NCBI GenBank assembly: GCA_963664405.1
Contig: OY761158.1
Location: 64,001-128,000 of the forward strand
Direction of reading: 5' to 3'
Origin: Thermoanaerobaculia bacterium
GTDB taxonomy: Bacteria > Acidobacteriota > Thermoanaerobaculia > Multivoradales > Multivoraceae
Length of the DNA stretch: 64,000 nt
The first letter of the stretch is position 1. Each line of letters begins with the position of its first letter. Below are positions 9,539 to 17,546 of the stretch, piece by piece. Below the pieces are notes generated by a model, which saw only the letters and a program-made list of their open reading frames with translations, had not been told where the DNA came from and did not search any database. The translations under genes and the position numbers were made by a program.

Positions 9539-9705
9539 CGGGCAGGGCTATGCTAGCTCTAAACCTTGCAAACAAGGCGCGTACCGGAGGATTATGCGGT
9601 GGCTGAAGAAGGGGGCAGTGGTATGGTCACCCCAGATACTGGAAACTTATTTCCGCGCCGACCCTTAGTAAGCATGGACGCCTCGGCGCGATAAGATCAG
9701 TCTCG

Positions 9706-10203
9706 ATGAGCCCGGGTTCGATCAAAGGCAGACTCGCTCTTCTGTCGCTCGCCGTCCTGGTCGCCGATCAGTGGACCAAGCACCTGGCCGAGCTCCATCT
9801 CCTGGGAGCTCCTGCGCTGAGCCTCATCCCCGGCTTCCTCGACCTGATCTATGTCCGCAATAGCGGAGTCGCATTCGGCCTCTTTGCGGCCGGCAGCAGC
9901 CTCGCCGGCGTTGTCGTTCTCACCGCGCTCGGCCTGCTGGCATTCTCCCTAGTGCTCTTCTATTTTCTAAAGACACCGGTCAGCAACCGAACCGTTCTCG
10001 TAGCTCTCGCCCTCATTTTGGGCGGAGCGGTCGGCAACCTGGTCGACCGCGTGATGCGAGGGTCGGTGACCGACTTCATCGATGTCTACGTGGCGAGCCA
10101 CCATTGGCCTACCTTCAACGCCGCCGATAGCGCAATTACGATAGGCATCACGCTGATGGCGATCGATGCCTTCTGGTTGCACCGGCAGCCCGACTCGTCT
10201 TAA
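9706..10203 (+). CDS. lspA: Lipoprotein signal peptidase II
   Basis: DQWTK, N.GVAFG, GGAVGNLVDR, VTDFID and WPTFNAAD motifs. Confidence 0.96.
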   Translation: MSPGSIKGRLALLSLAVLVADQWTKHLAELHLLGAPALSLIPGFLDLIYVRNSGVAFGLFAAGSSLAGVVVLTALGLLAFSLVLFYFLKTPVSNRTVLVALALILGGAVGNLVDRVMRGSVTDFIDVYVASHHWPTFNAADSAITIGITLMAIDAFWLHRQPDSS

Positions 10204-10211
10204 GAAGAAAG

Positions 10212-11192
10212 TTGCGCGAGAGCTCGCCCGATCCCAGCCGAGGATCTCAGCTGTGGCGGGCGCAGGAGGGTGCCTGCGGTTCCCGGCTCGATGTCTATCT
10301 CGCCGATGCTCTCGGCGAGTCTAGAAACCAGATCCAGAAGTGGGTCAAAGCCGGGAGAGTCCTCCTCGATGGCCTGGCCATTCTGCGCCCCTCCTTCCGT
10401 CTGGAGGGAGGAGAGGAGATCGAATGCCTGGCCCCCGAAGAGGGTGACGAGGCTCTGCTTGCGGCTGAGGACGGCGAGCTCTCGATACTGTGGGAGGACC
10501 AGGACATCATCGTGCTCGATAAGCCGGCGCCCCTGGCCGTGCATCCGGGCGCCGGTCGACCCGACCACACGCTCGCCAACAGGCTTCTGGGAAGGTATCC
10601 AGAGATCGCCAGAGTCGGTCATCCGCGACGGCCGGGCATCGTCCACCGCCTCGACATAGGGACGACAGGAGTCATGGTGGCGGCTCGTCACCCGGAAGCG
10701 CACAGGGCGCTGGCGCTGGCCTTTAGCGATCGCCATGTCGATAAGATCTATCTCGCTCTCGCTTACGGATCCCTAGCTCCGCCTGCCGGAGAGATCGACT
10801 CCCCGATCGGCCGTGACCCTCGTCACCGCACGAGAATGACGGTGTCGCCGGACGGCAGACCGGCGATGACCCACTACCGAACTCTCGGTGCAGCCTCGGG
10901 GGTCAGCTCGCTCGAGCTCGACATCAAGACCGGACGCACGCACCAGATTCGGGTCCACCTCAGAAGCTTGGGGCACCCCTTGGTTGGAGACCCCGTGTAC
11001 GGTGAGGCGCGCTGGAAGGGGCTCCCCGCTCCTCTTCGTCCGTCACTTCGGGACTTTCCGCGCCCGGCGTTACATGCCTGGCGACTGACCCTGGACCACC
11101 CTTCGACGGGTGAGAGCATTCGCTTCGAGGCTCCGCTCCCCGAGGACCTCCGCTCGCTCTGGGAGAGCCTGGGTGGCGGCCACCTCTCCTAA
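10212..11192 (+). CDS. rluD: RluA/RluD-family 23S rRNA pseudouridine synthase
   Basis: S4 domain (RLD.YL), RPGIVHRLD, TGRTHQIRVH and GDPVYG motifs; follows lspA. Confidence 0.9.
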   Translation: MRESSPDPSRGSQLWRAQEGACGSRLDVYLADALGESRNQIQKWVKAGRVLLDGLAILRPSFRLEGGEEIECLAPEEGDEALLAAEDGELSILWEDQDIIVLDKPAPLAVHPGAGRPDHTLANRLLGRYPEIARVGHPRRPGIVHRLDIGTTGVMVAARHPEAHRALALAFSDRHVDKIYLALAYGSLAPPAGEIDSPIGRDPRHRTRMTVSPDGRPAMTHYRTLGAASGVSSLELDIKTGRTHQIRVHLRSLGHPLVGDPVYGEARWKGLPAPLRPSLRDFPRPALHAWRLTLDHPSTGESIRFEAPLPEDLRSLWESLGGGHLS

Positions 11193-12304
11193 GCGACGAG
11201 CCCTTCGAGCTCGGTGTAGTCCCTTCCCTGCGACTCGGCCACCGGACCACAGGTCAGCTCTCCCCGAAAGGTGTTGACACCGGCCGCGAAGCCTGGATCC
11301 GCCCTTACCGCGTTCTCCAGACCCGAGCTCGCGAGCGAGAGTATGTACGGAAGAGTCGCGTTATTCAGAGCGAATGTGGAGGTTCTCGGCACCGATCCCG
11401 GCATATTGGCGACGCAGTAGTGAGTCACACCCCCGACCTCGTATACCGGGTCCGAATGTGTTGTCGGATGGGTGGTCTCGAAACAGCCGCCCTGGTCGAC
11501 CGACACGTCGACGATCACCGAGCGGTGTTTCATCTCCTCCAGCATCGCTCGACTGACGACCTTTGGCGCCGACCCTCCGGGGATCAAGACTGCGCCGACC
11601 AGAACATCCGCTCGCCTCATCGCCGCCAGCAGATTGTGCTTGTTGCTGGCCAGCGTGGTCACCTCGCCGTGAAAGAGATCGTCGAAGAAGCGCAGTCGGT
11701 CGAGACTCGTGTCCAGAACCGCGACACGAGCGCCCAGTCCTAGCGCGATCTTGACTGCGTTCAAGCCCACCACTCCCCCACCGATGATGACGACATCGCA
11801 GGGCGGTACTCCCGGTACCCCCGAGAGAAGGGCCCCGCGGCCTCCGAAGCTACGCTGCAGATAGAAGCTCCCCATCATTACCGCCATTCGCCCTGCGATC
11901 TCGGACATCGGAGTCAGCAGCGGCAAGTTCCCGCGTGCATCGGCGATGGTTTCATAAGCGATTCCGGTAACCCGGCGGTCGAGCAGAGTCTGCGTGAGCT
12001 CGGGCAAAGGCGCCAAGTGTAGGTAGGTGAAGAGGATCTGTCCGGCGCGCAGGAGGGAGTACTCCGTCACCACCGGCTCCTTCACCTTGATCACCATTTC
12101 GGCCGAGTCGAAAACCGAGTCGGCGTCTTCCAGGATGTAGCCTCCCGCCGCGACGAACTCCTCATCTGAGATCCCGCTGCCGACGCCACAGCCCCGTTGG
12201 AGCGCGACGTCATGGCCTGCGGCCACGAGTGCATCGACCGACGCGGGCGTCAGGCCGACCCGAAACTCCTGGTCCTTGAGCTCGGTGGGAACGCCGATCT
12301 TCAT
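11189..12304 (-). CDS. ald: Alanine dehydrogenase
   Basis: [35 protein letters not shown] and HYCVANMPG motifs. Confidence 0.96.
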   Translation of the reverse strand: MKIGVPTELKDQEFRVGLTPASVDALVAAGHDVALQRGCGVGSGISDEEFVAAGGYILEDADSVFDSAEMVIKVKEPVVTEYSLLRAGQILFTYLHLAPLPELTQTLLDRRVTGIAYETIADARGNLPLLTPMSEIAGRMAVMMGSFYLQRSFGGRGALLSGVPGVPPCDVVIIGGGVVGLNAVKIALGLGARVAVLDTSLDRLRFFDDLFHGEVTTLASNKHNLLAAMRRADVLVGAVLIPGGSAPKVVSRAMLEEMKHRSVIVDVSVDQGGCFETTHPTTHSDPVYEVGGVTHYCVANMPGSVPRTSTFALNNATLPYILSLASSGLENAVRADPGFAAGVNTFRGELTCGPVAESQGRDYTELEGLVA

Positions 12305-12323
12305 TTGAAAAATGGCCGGAGTA

Positions 12324-12398
12324 TGGAGCGGGCAACGGGGCTCGAACCCGCGACATCAAGCTTGGGAAGCTTGCACTCTACCACTGAGTTATGCCCGC
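12324..12398 (-). tRNA. tRNA-Gly (CCC)
   Basis: GCGGGCATAACTCAGTGGTAGAGTGCAAGCTTCCCAAGCTTGATGTCGCGGGTTCGAGCCCCGTTGCCCGCTCCA folds as a cloverleaf with anticodon CCC and an encoded CCA. Confidence 0.97.
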
Positions 12399-12498
12399 CC
12401 GAAGGCGCTTCACCGGCAATGTAGACCACTCGCACGACGGCGGTCAAGCAAAGAAGTGTGGGACTTGCCTATCTCCGCGATGCCGGTATACTGAGGAG

Positions 12499-12771
12499 GT
12501 GAAGGGCTCCTCCGCAGACACCGCCAACGGCCTCTACTTCTTTCCAGATCAAGACGTCACCGAGGCGGAGCTTCGATCGATTCTCGTAGGCAAAGACCCC
12601 GAGCGTCGCGCCTGGGTCGTTTCGCACCTTCTTCGTTACGCCCAGTGGGACGACATCTGGGCCTACATCAGTCGCGAAGAGGTCCGAGACATGTTCGGAG
12701 AGCTCGACTTGCCGGAGAATCTGCGGATCGCCTGGGGTCGCATGCTCAAGGTCGAAGCTCCCGTCAGCTAG
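12499..12771 (+). CDS. Small helical hypothetical protein (antitoxin-like)
   Basis: GTG 12499 follows TTGCCT-N16-TATACT. The sequence YFFPDQDVTEAELRSIL...RRAWVVSHLLRYAQWDDIWAY resembles, from memory, small partners of AbiEii-type nucleotidyltransferases. Confidence 0.6.
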   Translation: MKGSSADTANGLYFFPDQDVTEAELRSILVGKDPERRAWVVSHLLRYAQWDDIWAYISREEVRDMFGELDLPENLRIAWGRMLKVEAPVS

Positions 12772-12783
12772 TCGCCCCCGCGG

Positions 12784-13785
12784 CTAATCGCCCATCACTA
12801 GGCCCCCGAGCCCACCGAGGATCGAGCCTTCTCCTTTGTGTTGTCCACCGCCCTTGGGGGCGGCGGCCCAGACCCGGCTGGCCAGGCGACTGAAGGGCAG
12901 AGACTGCGCCCAGATCTTGCCTGGCCCGGTGAGACTCGCGTAGAAGAGGCCCTCGCCGCCGAAGAGAGCGGTCTTGATCCCCTTGACGAATTGGATGTCG
13001 TAGTCGACTTGCTTCTCGAACGCGACCAAACAACCGGTATCGAGACGCATCGTCTCGCCCGCAGCGAGAGTGCGCTCAACCACGGCTCCACCGGCATGGA
13101 CGAAGGCCAGCCCGTCACCTTCCAGCTTCTGCAGGATGAAGCCCTCACCTCCGAAGAGCCCGGCTCCCAGTTTCTTCTGGAACGCGATACCGATCGCGAC
13201 TCCCTTGGCTGCGCAAAGGAAAGCATCCTTCTGGCAGAGGATCGTGCCGTCGTGGTTCGATAGATCGAAGGGAATGATGCTGCCTGGATAAGGCGATGCG
13301 AAAGAAACCTTCTGGCGCCCCGGTCCGGCGTTCCCGAACACGGTGAGAAACAGAGACTCACCGGTAAGCACTCTCTTGCCGGCCGTGAGCAGGCTCCCCA
13401 TGAAGCCCCCATTCTGTCCCGTACCGTCGCCGAAGATGGTCTCGACCTCGATCCCCGGATCCATGTACATGAAGCTTCCGGCCTCGGCGATACAGGCCTC
13501 CGAAGGATCGAGGGTCACTTCGACGAATTGCATCTCTTCGCCGAAGATCTCGTAGTCGATGACGTCGGCGGCTCCTCCCGAGGGAGGGGGCGGGAGAGCC
13601 GGGCCGGCTTCGGACAGCGCGGCGGCGAAGACTTGTTGACTCGATAGGGGCTGCCAGTCGGTCATGCCCTGCTTGAATACGTGCGCGCTGCGATCGACCT
13701 TGCCACCACGAATCTTGGCGACCACCTCTTCTTCGCTAAAGGGACCAATCTGCTTGCCGCCTTCGGCTATGTGCCATTCACTCAT
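12784..13785 (-). CDS. GYF_2 (DUF4339) domain fused to TIGR00266/AIM24-family protein
   Basis: N-terminal W.....GKQIGPF...GM.DW; C-terminal IDYEIFGEEMQFVE...AEAG...TGESLF...GLFGGEGFILQKL...QSLPFSRLA. Confidence 0.88.
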   Translation of the reverse strand: MSEWHIAEGGKQIGPFSEEEVVAKIRGGKVDRSAHVFKQGMTDWQPLSSQQVFAAALSEAGPALPPPPSGGAADVIDYEIFGEEMQFVEVTLDPSEACIAEAGSFMYMDPGIEVETIFGDGTGQNGGFMGSLLTAGKRVLTGESLFLTVFGNAGPGRQKVSFASPYPGSIIPFDLSNHDGTILCQKDAFLCAAKGVAIGIAFQKKLGAGLFGGEGFILQKLEGDGLAFVHAGGAVVERTLAAGETMRLDTGCLVAFEKQVDYDIQFVKGIKTALFGGEGLFYASLTGPGKIWAQSLPFSRLASRVWAAAPKGGGQHKGEGSILGGLGGLVMGD

Positions 13786-13797
13786 TTAGGTACTCCT

Positions 13798-14700
13798 CTA
13801 TTGGGTCTCAAAAACAACTTCGAATACTTTCGGCCAGAGCTTGCCGGTAAGAAAGAAAGTCTCGGTCTCTGGGTTGTAGGCAATTCCGTTGAGGACGTCG
13901 GCTCGGTCTCGCTCGCGCCTGCTCAAGAGGCCGGAGGCGTCGATCAACGCAGTCACAACGCCGCTGCCGGGGTCGATGCGAGCGATGTGGTCGCCTCCGA
14001 AGATATTTGCATAGATCCAACCTTCGGCACACTCGAGCTCGTTCAGATTCTCCAACGGAACGCCCTGGGAGCTCACCTTCAACTGTCTGAGGCTCAGAAA
14101 GCTGTCGGGGTCGCGAAAGGTAAGAGTGTCGCTTCCATCACTCATCGCTAATCGCCGGCCGTCGTAGCACAGACCCCAGCCCTCCCCCTGATAGGAGATT
14201 CGGTCGATCGGTGCGAAAGTTTCACGATCCCAGACCAAAGCTACTCCCTCTCGCCAAGTGAGCTGGATCAATCGCTCCCCAACCACCGCTAGTCCCTCGC
14301 CGAAAAACTGCGATGGGAGACTCACTTCGCTCACGGCATCCTGCGTAGAGGGACGCCAACGGCGGAGACGAGACTCACCGTATCGGCCGGTACTCTCGAC
14401 CAAGCTACCCTCGTCCCAGACCAGCCCCTGGGTGTAGGCGGTGGTGTCGTGGCCGAACTCTCTCAATACACGGATACGGAGCCTCTCGGGAGAGCTTGCC
14501 CCTGAGGAGACGGAGCCTACCGACCGCTGCTCACTCGAAGACCGGGGCAAGGTGCCTTCTCCTGCCCGCCCTCCGGCCAACGTGTAGTAGGCACCGCTCG
14601 CCGCAATCGCGGCCAGTGCCAAGCCGAGCCATCTGCCGCGTCGAAGGCCCCCTGGCTTTCGGGAGGACCGACGATGACTCTCTCGCGGGCTAGCCGACAT
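13798..14700 (-). CDS. Glutaminyl-peptide cyclotransferase (beta-propeller type), N-terminally anchored
   Basis: HD..AYTQGL, ESTGRYG.S, FGEGL, QLTW, GEGWGL, SDGSD, LNELE, VLNGIAY and TGKLWP motifs. Confidence 0.92.
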   Translation of the reverse strand: MSASPRESHRRSSRKPGGLRRGRWLGLALAAIAASGAYYTLAGGRAGEGTLPRSSSEQRSVGSVSSGASSPERLRIRVLREFGHDTTAYTQGLVWDEGSLVESTGRYGESRLRRWRPSTQDAVSEVSLPSQFFGEGLAVVGERLIQLTWREGVALVWDRETFAPIDRISYQGEGWGLCYDGRRLAMSDGSDTLTFRDPDSFLSLRQLKVSSQGVPLENLNELECAEGWIYANIFGGDHIARIDPGSGVVTALIDASGLLSRRERDRADVLNGIAYNPETETFFLTGKLWPKVFEVVFETQ

Positions 14701-14757
14701 CAGGGGGCGCCTAAGCGAGCTTCAGGATAACATGACGCCGCTCCGCAGAGGGTGTGA

Positions 14758-16563
14758 ATGAAGCGTAAACCGGCTATCTCCATCGTCTTCTTGTTGGCGG
14801 CGTTTCTCGCCCTGCAACAGCCCCTTCTCGGGCAGGTTACGCCCGCCTTACTCGGCCAGTCGGGGGGCGCAGCCGAGGCGGTGGATGAAGCTCTCGGCAC
14901 GGCACCGGAGCCTGCAGCGCCCGTATTGGTTGCCAGGCTCAGTCCTCGCGCCACAATGAGAACCTTTCTCGAGGCTTTTCCGAGACGCGACTGGGATGCG
15001 GCTATCGCATGTTTGGACCTGTCGCATGAGGGGCTGTCGCCGGCGGCACTCCGCCTCCGCGGCCGAGAGGCGGCAACTACTCTCAAAGACGTCATCGACC
15101 GGCTCCGCTACGTAGACTTCGGCGATATTTCCGCCGAGCCCGACGGCGCCGCCTATGTCTTTCACTCGGGGCCGGCCGGCGGCATCGTCATCGAGCGACA
15201 GCCCAACGGCGACTGGCTCTTTTCGGCGGCAACGATCGCCGCCCTCCCTACTCTAATGCGCGAGCTCGGCGACACCGAGGTCGTAGAGGGCGTCGAGGAA
15301 GCGCCTCGGACCCTCGCCCTCTGGATCCGCTCTTGGGTCCCGGAATCGCTCGCAGTTCGCGCCTTCATGCTCGAAGGCTGGCAATGGGCAGGCCTTTTCT
15401 TGCTCACCATCGTGGGGGTCGCTGTCGATCGCATTGTGGTGCTCCTGGCTGCCGTCGCCGCCCGGCGATGGATCTCCCGTGAGCAACGGAATCTCACTCC
15501 GGGCACGGTGACCTCGGCAGTTCGCCCTCTAGGGCTACTGGCGATGGCCACGCTCTGGTGGGCGGGTCTCGGTGCTCTCGGCCTACCCGGGGCGATCCTC
15601 GGAACTCTTTTGCTCGCGTCCCGCTTCGCGGCGATCGTGGCTGTGGTATGGACCACCTACCGCGCTGCGGACCTCGCGGCGGAGATTCTCGCGGAGCGAG
15701 CCAAAGCAACGGAAAGCCGTATCGACGATCTCTTGGTGCCCTTGGTTCGCAAATCTCTGAAAGTCTTTGTCACCGTATTCGGCCTGGTCTTTATCGCCGA
15801 CAATCTCGACGTTGACGTCAGCAGTCTCTTGGCCGGACTCGGCCTTGGCGGCATCGCGATCGCTCTGGCGGCTCAGGACACAATCAAAAACCTACTCGGC
15901 TCGATCACCGTGCTCTTTGACCGACCCTTCAGTGTAGGTGACTGGGTGGTCATCGAGGATACCGAAGGAACCGTCGAGGAGCTCGGCTTTCGGAGCACTC
16001 GGATCCGCACCTTCTACAACTCCGTGATCACGCTACCTAACGCAACGTTGATCGATGCCGCGGTAGATAACTACGGGAGTCGGACCTACCGCCGCTGGAA
16101 GACCGTGATCTCGCTCACCTGGGACACCCCGCCCGACAAGATAGAAGCATTCTGCGAGGGTGCGCGTGAGTTGATTCGGCGCCATCCCTACACTCGCAAG
16201 GACTACTACCACGTCTATCTCAACGACTTCGGAGAGTCCGACCTGCAGGTGCTCCTCTACATGTTCTTCAATACGCCCGATTGGAGCACGGAGCTCCGCG
16301 AGCGCCATCGCCTCGGAGTCGACATCCTGCGTCTGGCGCAGGCCCTCGGCGTAAGCTTTGCGTACCCGACCCGTACCGTTGTGCTCAAGCAGGATGATGC
16401 CGAGCCGACCTCCCCGCAACCGCCAACCCCTCTCTCGGCCTACGTCACTGAGCGAGAAGACGCTTTGGAGGCGGGACGGCGAGCCGCCCGGGAGCTCGCG
16501 CAACGACCAGCCACCGAAGAGCCCCCTCCTGCCGTCGATTTCTCCTCCTTCCCAGGCGCCTAG
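14758..16563 (+). CDS. MscS-family mechanosensitive channel with periplasmic N-terminal domain
   Basis: Signal peptide, SPRATM..FL, LLAGLGLGGIAIALAAQD, DRPFSVGD, GTVEELGFRSTRIRT and FAYPT motifs. Confidence 0.92.
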   Translation: MKRKPAISIVFLLAAFLALQQPLLGQVTPALLGQSGGAAEAVDEALGTAPEPAAPVLVARLSPRATMRTFLEAFPRRDWDAAIACLDLSHEGLSPAALRLRGREAATTLKDVIDRLRYVDFGDISAEPDGAAYVFHSGPAGGIVIERQPNGDWLFSAATIAALPTLMRELGDTEVVEGVEEAPRTLALWIRSWVPESLAVRAFMLEGWQWAGLFLLTIVGVAVDRIVVLLAAVAARRWISREQRNLTPGTVTSAVRPLGLLAMATLWWAGLGALGLPGAILGTLLLASRFAAIVAVVWTTYRAADLAAEILAERAKATESRIDDLLVPLVRKSLKVFVTVFGLVFIADNLDVDVSSLLAGLGLGGIAIALAAQDTIKNLLGSITVLFDRPFSVGDWVVIEDTEGTVEELGFRSTRIRTFYNSVITLPNATLIDAAVDNYGSRTYRRWKTVISLTWDTPPDKIEAFCEGARELIRRHPYTRKDYYHVYLNDFGESDLQVLLYMFFNTPDWSTELRERHRLGVDILRLAQALGVSFAYPTRTVVLKQDDAEPTSPQPPTPLSAYVTEREDALEAGRRAARELAQRPATEEPPPAVDFSSFPGA

Positions 16564-16629
16564 AGCCGGGCGTCCAGGGCACCCCAACACACCGCAAGCT
16601 CGCTGCGAAGAAAGGTGACTCATGCGTCA

Positions 16630-17370
16630 CTAGTGTGAGTCCGCGGCCTTCCGGGGCTGCCTTGGCGGTGCTTCGAGGGGGGCCGCGCCGAGCTTCGAGG
16701 CGACGACGCCACCCACGCCATAGGTGCTAAGAGCCCACACTGCGCCAATCACGAAGGACAGACCTCCGCCCACCCAAGCCAGAAGGCCGGGGCCCTCTCT
16801 GAGCGCAGCGATCACCACCGCCACGTCATCGCCCACCAAGACCTCGCGCATGGCGTCCTGGCTCCAAGGAAAGAGCTGAACTACGATCAGCGAGCCGATC
16901 TCGTAGGCATCGCCGGTCAACGAGATCAGGGGCGCGAGAGCGATCGCCAGACTGAAGCCGTAGAGAAGGCCTGAGCCTCGCTTCGCTCCTTGTCGCAGCA
17001 GCCAAACCCCCGGAAAGAGAGTTAGAAGAAAGGGGAAAAAAGTCGTGAGCACGTGTACCCAGTCGTGGCCACCTGTGTCGAAGCCCGCCAGGCGCCCGGC
17101 GTAGTCGCCGCCCGCCTCGACGAAGGGGAACCAGCGCTCCAGAAGCGCACCACCGTAGAGAGGACTGATCTCGAGCAGCCAAACTCTGCCACCGCCAGCA
17201 ATGCAGCCGAGGGCATGGAGGAGCTCATGAACCGGCACGTAGACCCACCATCCAGCAGCGAGACCTATGAAGCACAAGACCAAACCGGAAACCCCGCTGG
17301 TCATGCACAGCTCCAGCCCGAAAAACACGTCCGTAAACGGCCGGACCACGAATTTCCGTACAGAGCTCAT
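16630..17370 (-). CDS. Hypothetical membrane protein with HExxH motif
   Basis: Several TM segments; VPVHELLHALGC is a possible zinc-binding motif. Confidence 0.65.
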   Translation of the reverse strand: MSSVRKFVVRPFTDVFFGLELCMTSGVSGLVLCFIGLAAGWWVYVPVHELLHALGCIAGGGRVWLLEISPLYGGALLERWFPFVEAGGDYAGRLAGFDTGGHDWVHVLTTFFPFLLTLFPGVWLLRQGAKRGSGLLYGFSLAIALAPLISLTGDAYEIGSLIVVQLFPWSQDAMREVLVGDDVAVVIAALREGPGLLAWVGGGLSFVIGAVWALSTYGVGGVVASKLGAAPLEAPPRQPRKAADSH

Positions 17371-17380
17371 CGCGCCCACT

Positions 17381-17546
17381 CTAGTGTTGTGTCTCCGACA
17401 TGGCTTGCCAAGAGCTCGAGGTCATTTTGTTCGGTGTTAAGGAGCGACGAGGCAGGCATATTGGGAATATGTCGACGAGTCGCGACGACGGCAGCGGGCA
17501 AAAGGGGCCGAGATATTGGTAAGCCATGTCGGAGACACGGCACTAG
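17381..17546 (+). mobile_element. Palindromic MITE-like element, copy A (166 bp, TIR type 1)
   Basis: CTAGTGTTGTGTCTCCGACATGGCTT ... AAGCCATGTCGGAGACACGGCACTAG. Core GTCATTTTGTTCG...GGCATATTGGGAATATGTC...GGCAGCGGGCAAAAGGGG is shared with the other copies. The right CTAG is the stop codon of the kinase gene. Confidence 0.85.

Larger units (their letters stand above)
7660..9664 (-). mobile_element. Complete ISAzo13-family insertion sequence (2005 bp)
   Basis: Terminal IRs GGGTCGGCGCGGAAATAA (7660-7677) and TTATTTCCGCGCCGACCC (9647-9664); TTA direct repeat at 7657-7659 and 9665-9667; inserted between acpS and lspA. Confidence 0.93.

Noticed and set aside
7660-9664. ISAzo13 transposase as the mobiliser of the palindromic elements
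   Set aside because: Its ends (GGGTCGGCGCGGAAATAA) and TTA duplication match none of the three TIR types or the CTAG boundary.
12324-12771. tRNA-Gly as an integration site for an island
   Set aside because: No integrase, no duplicated tRNA 3' end noticed, and the flanks are core genes.
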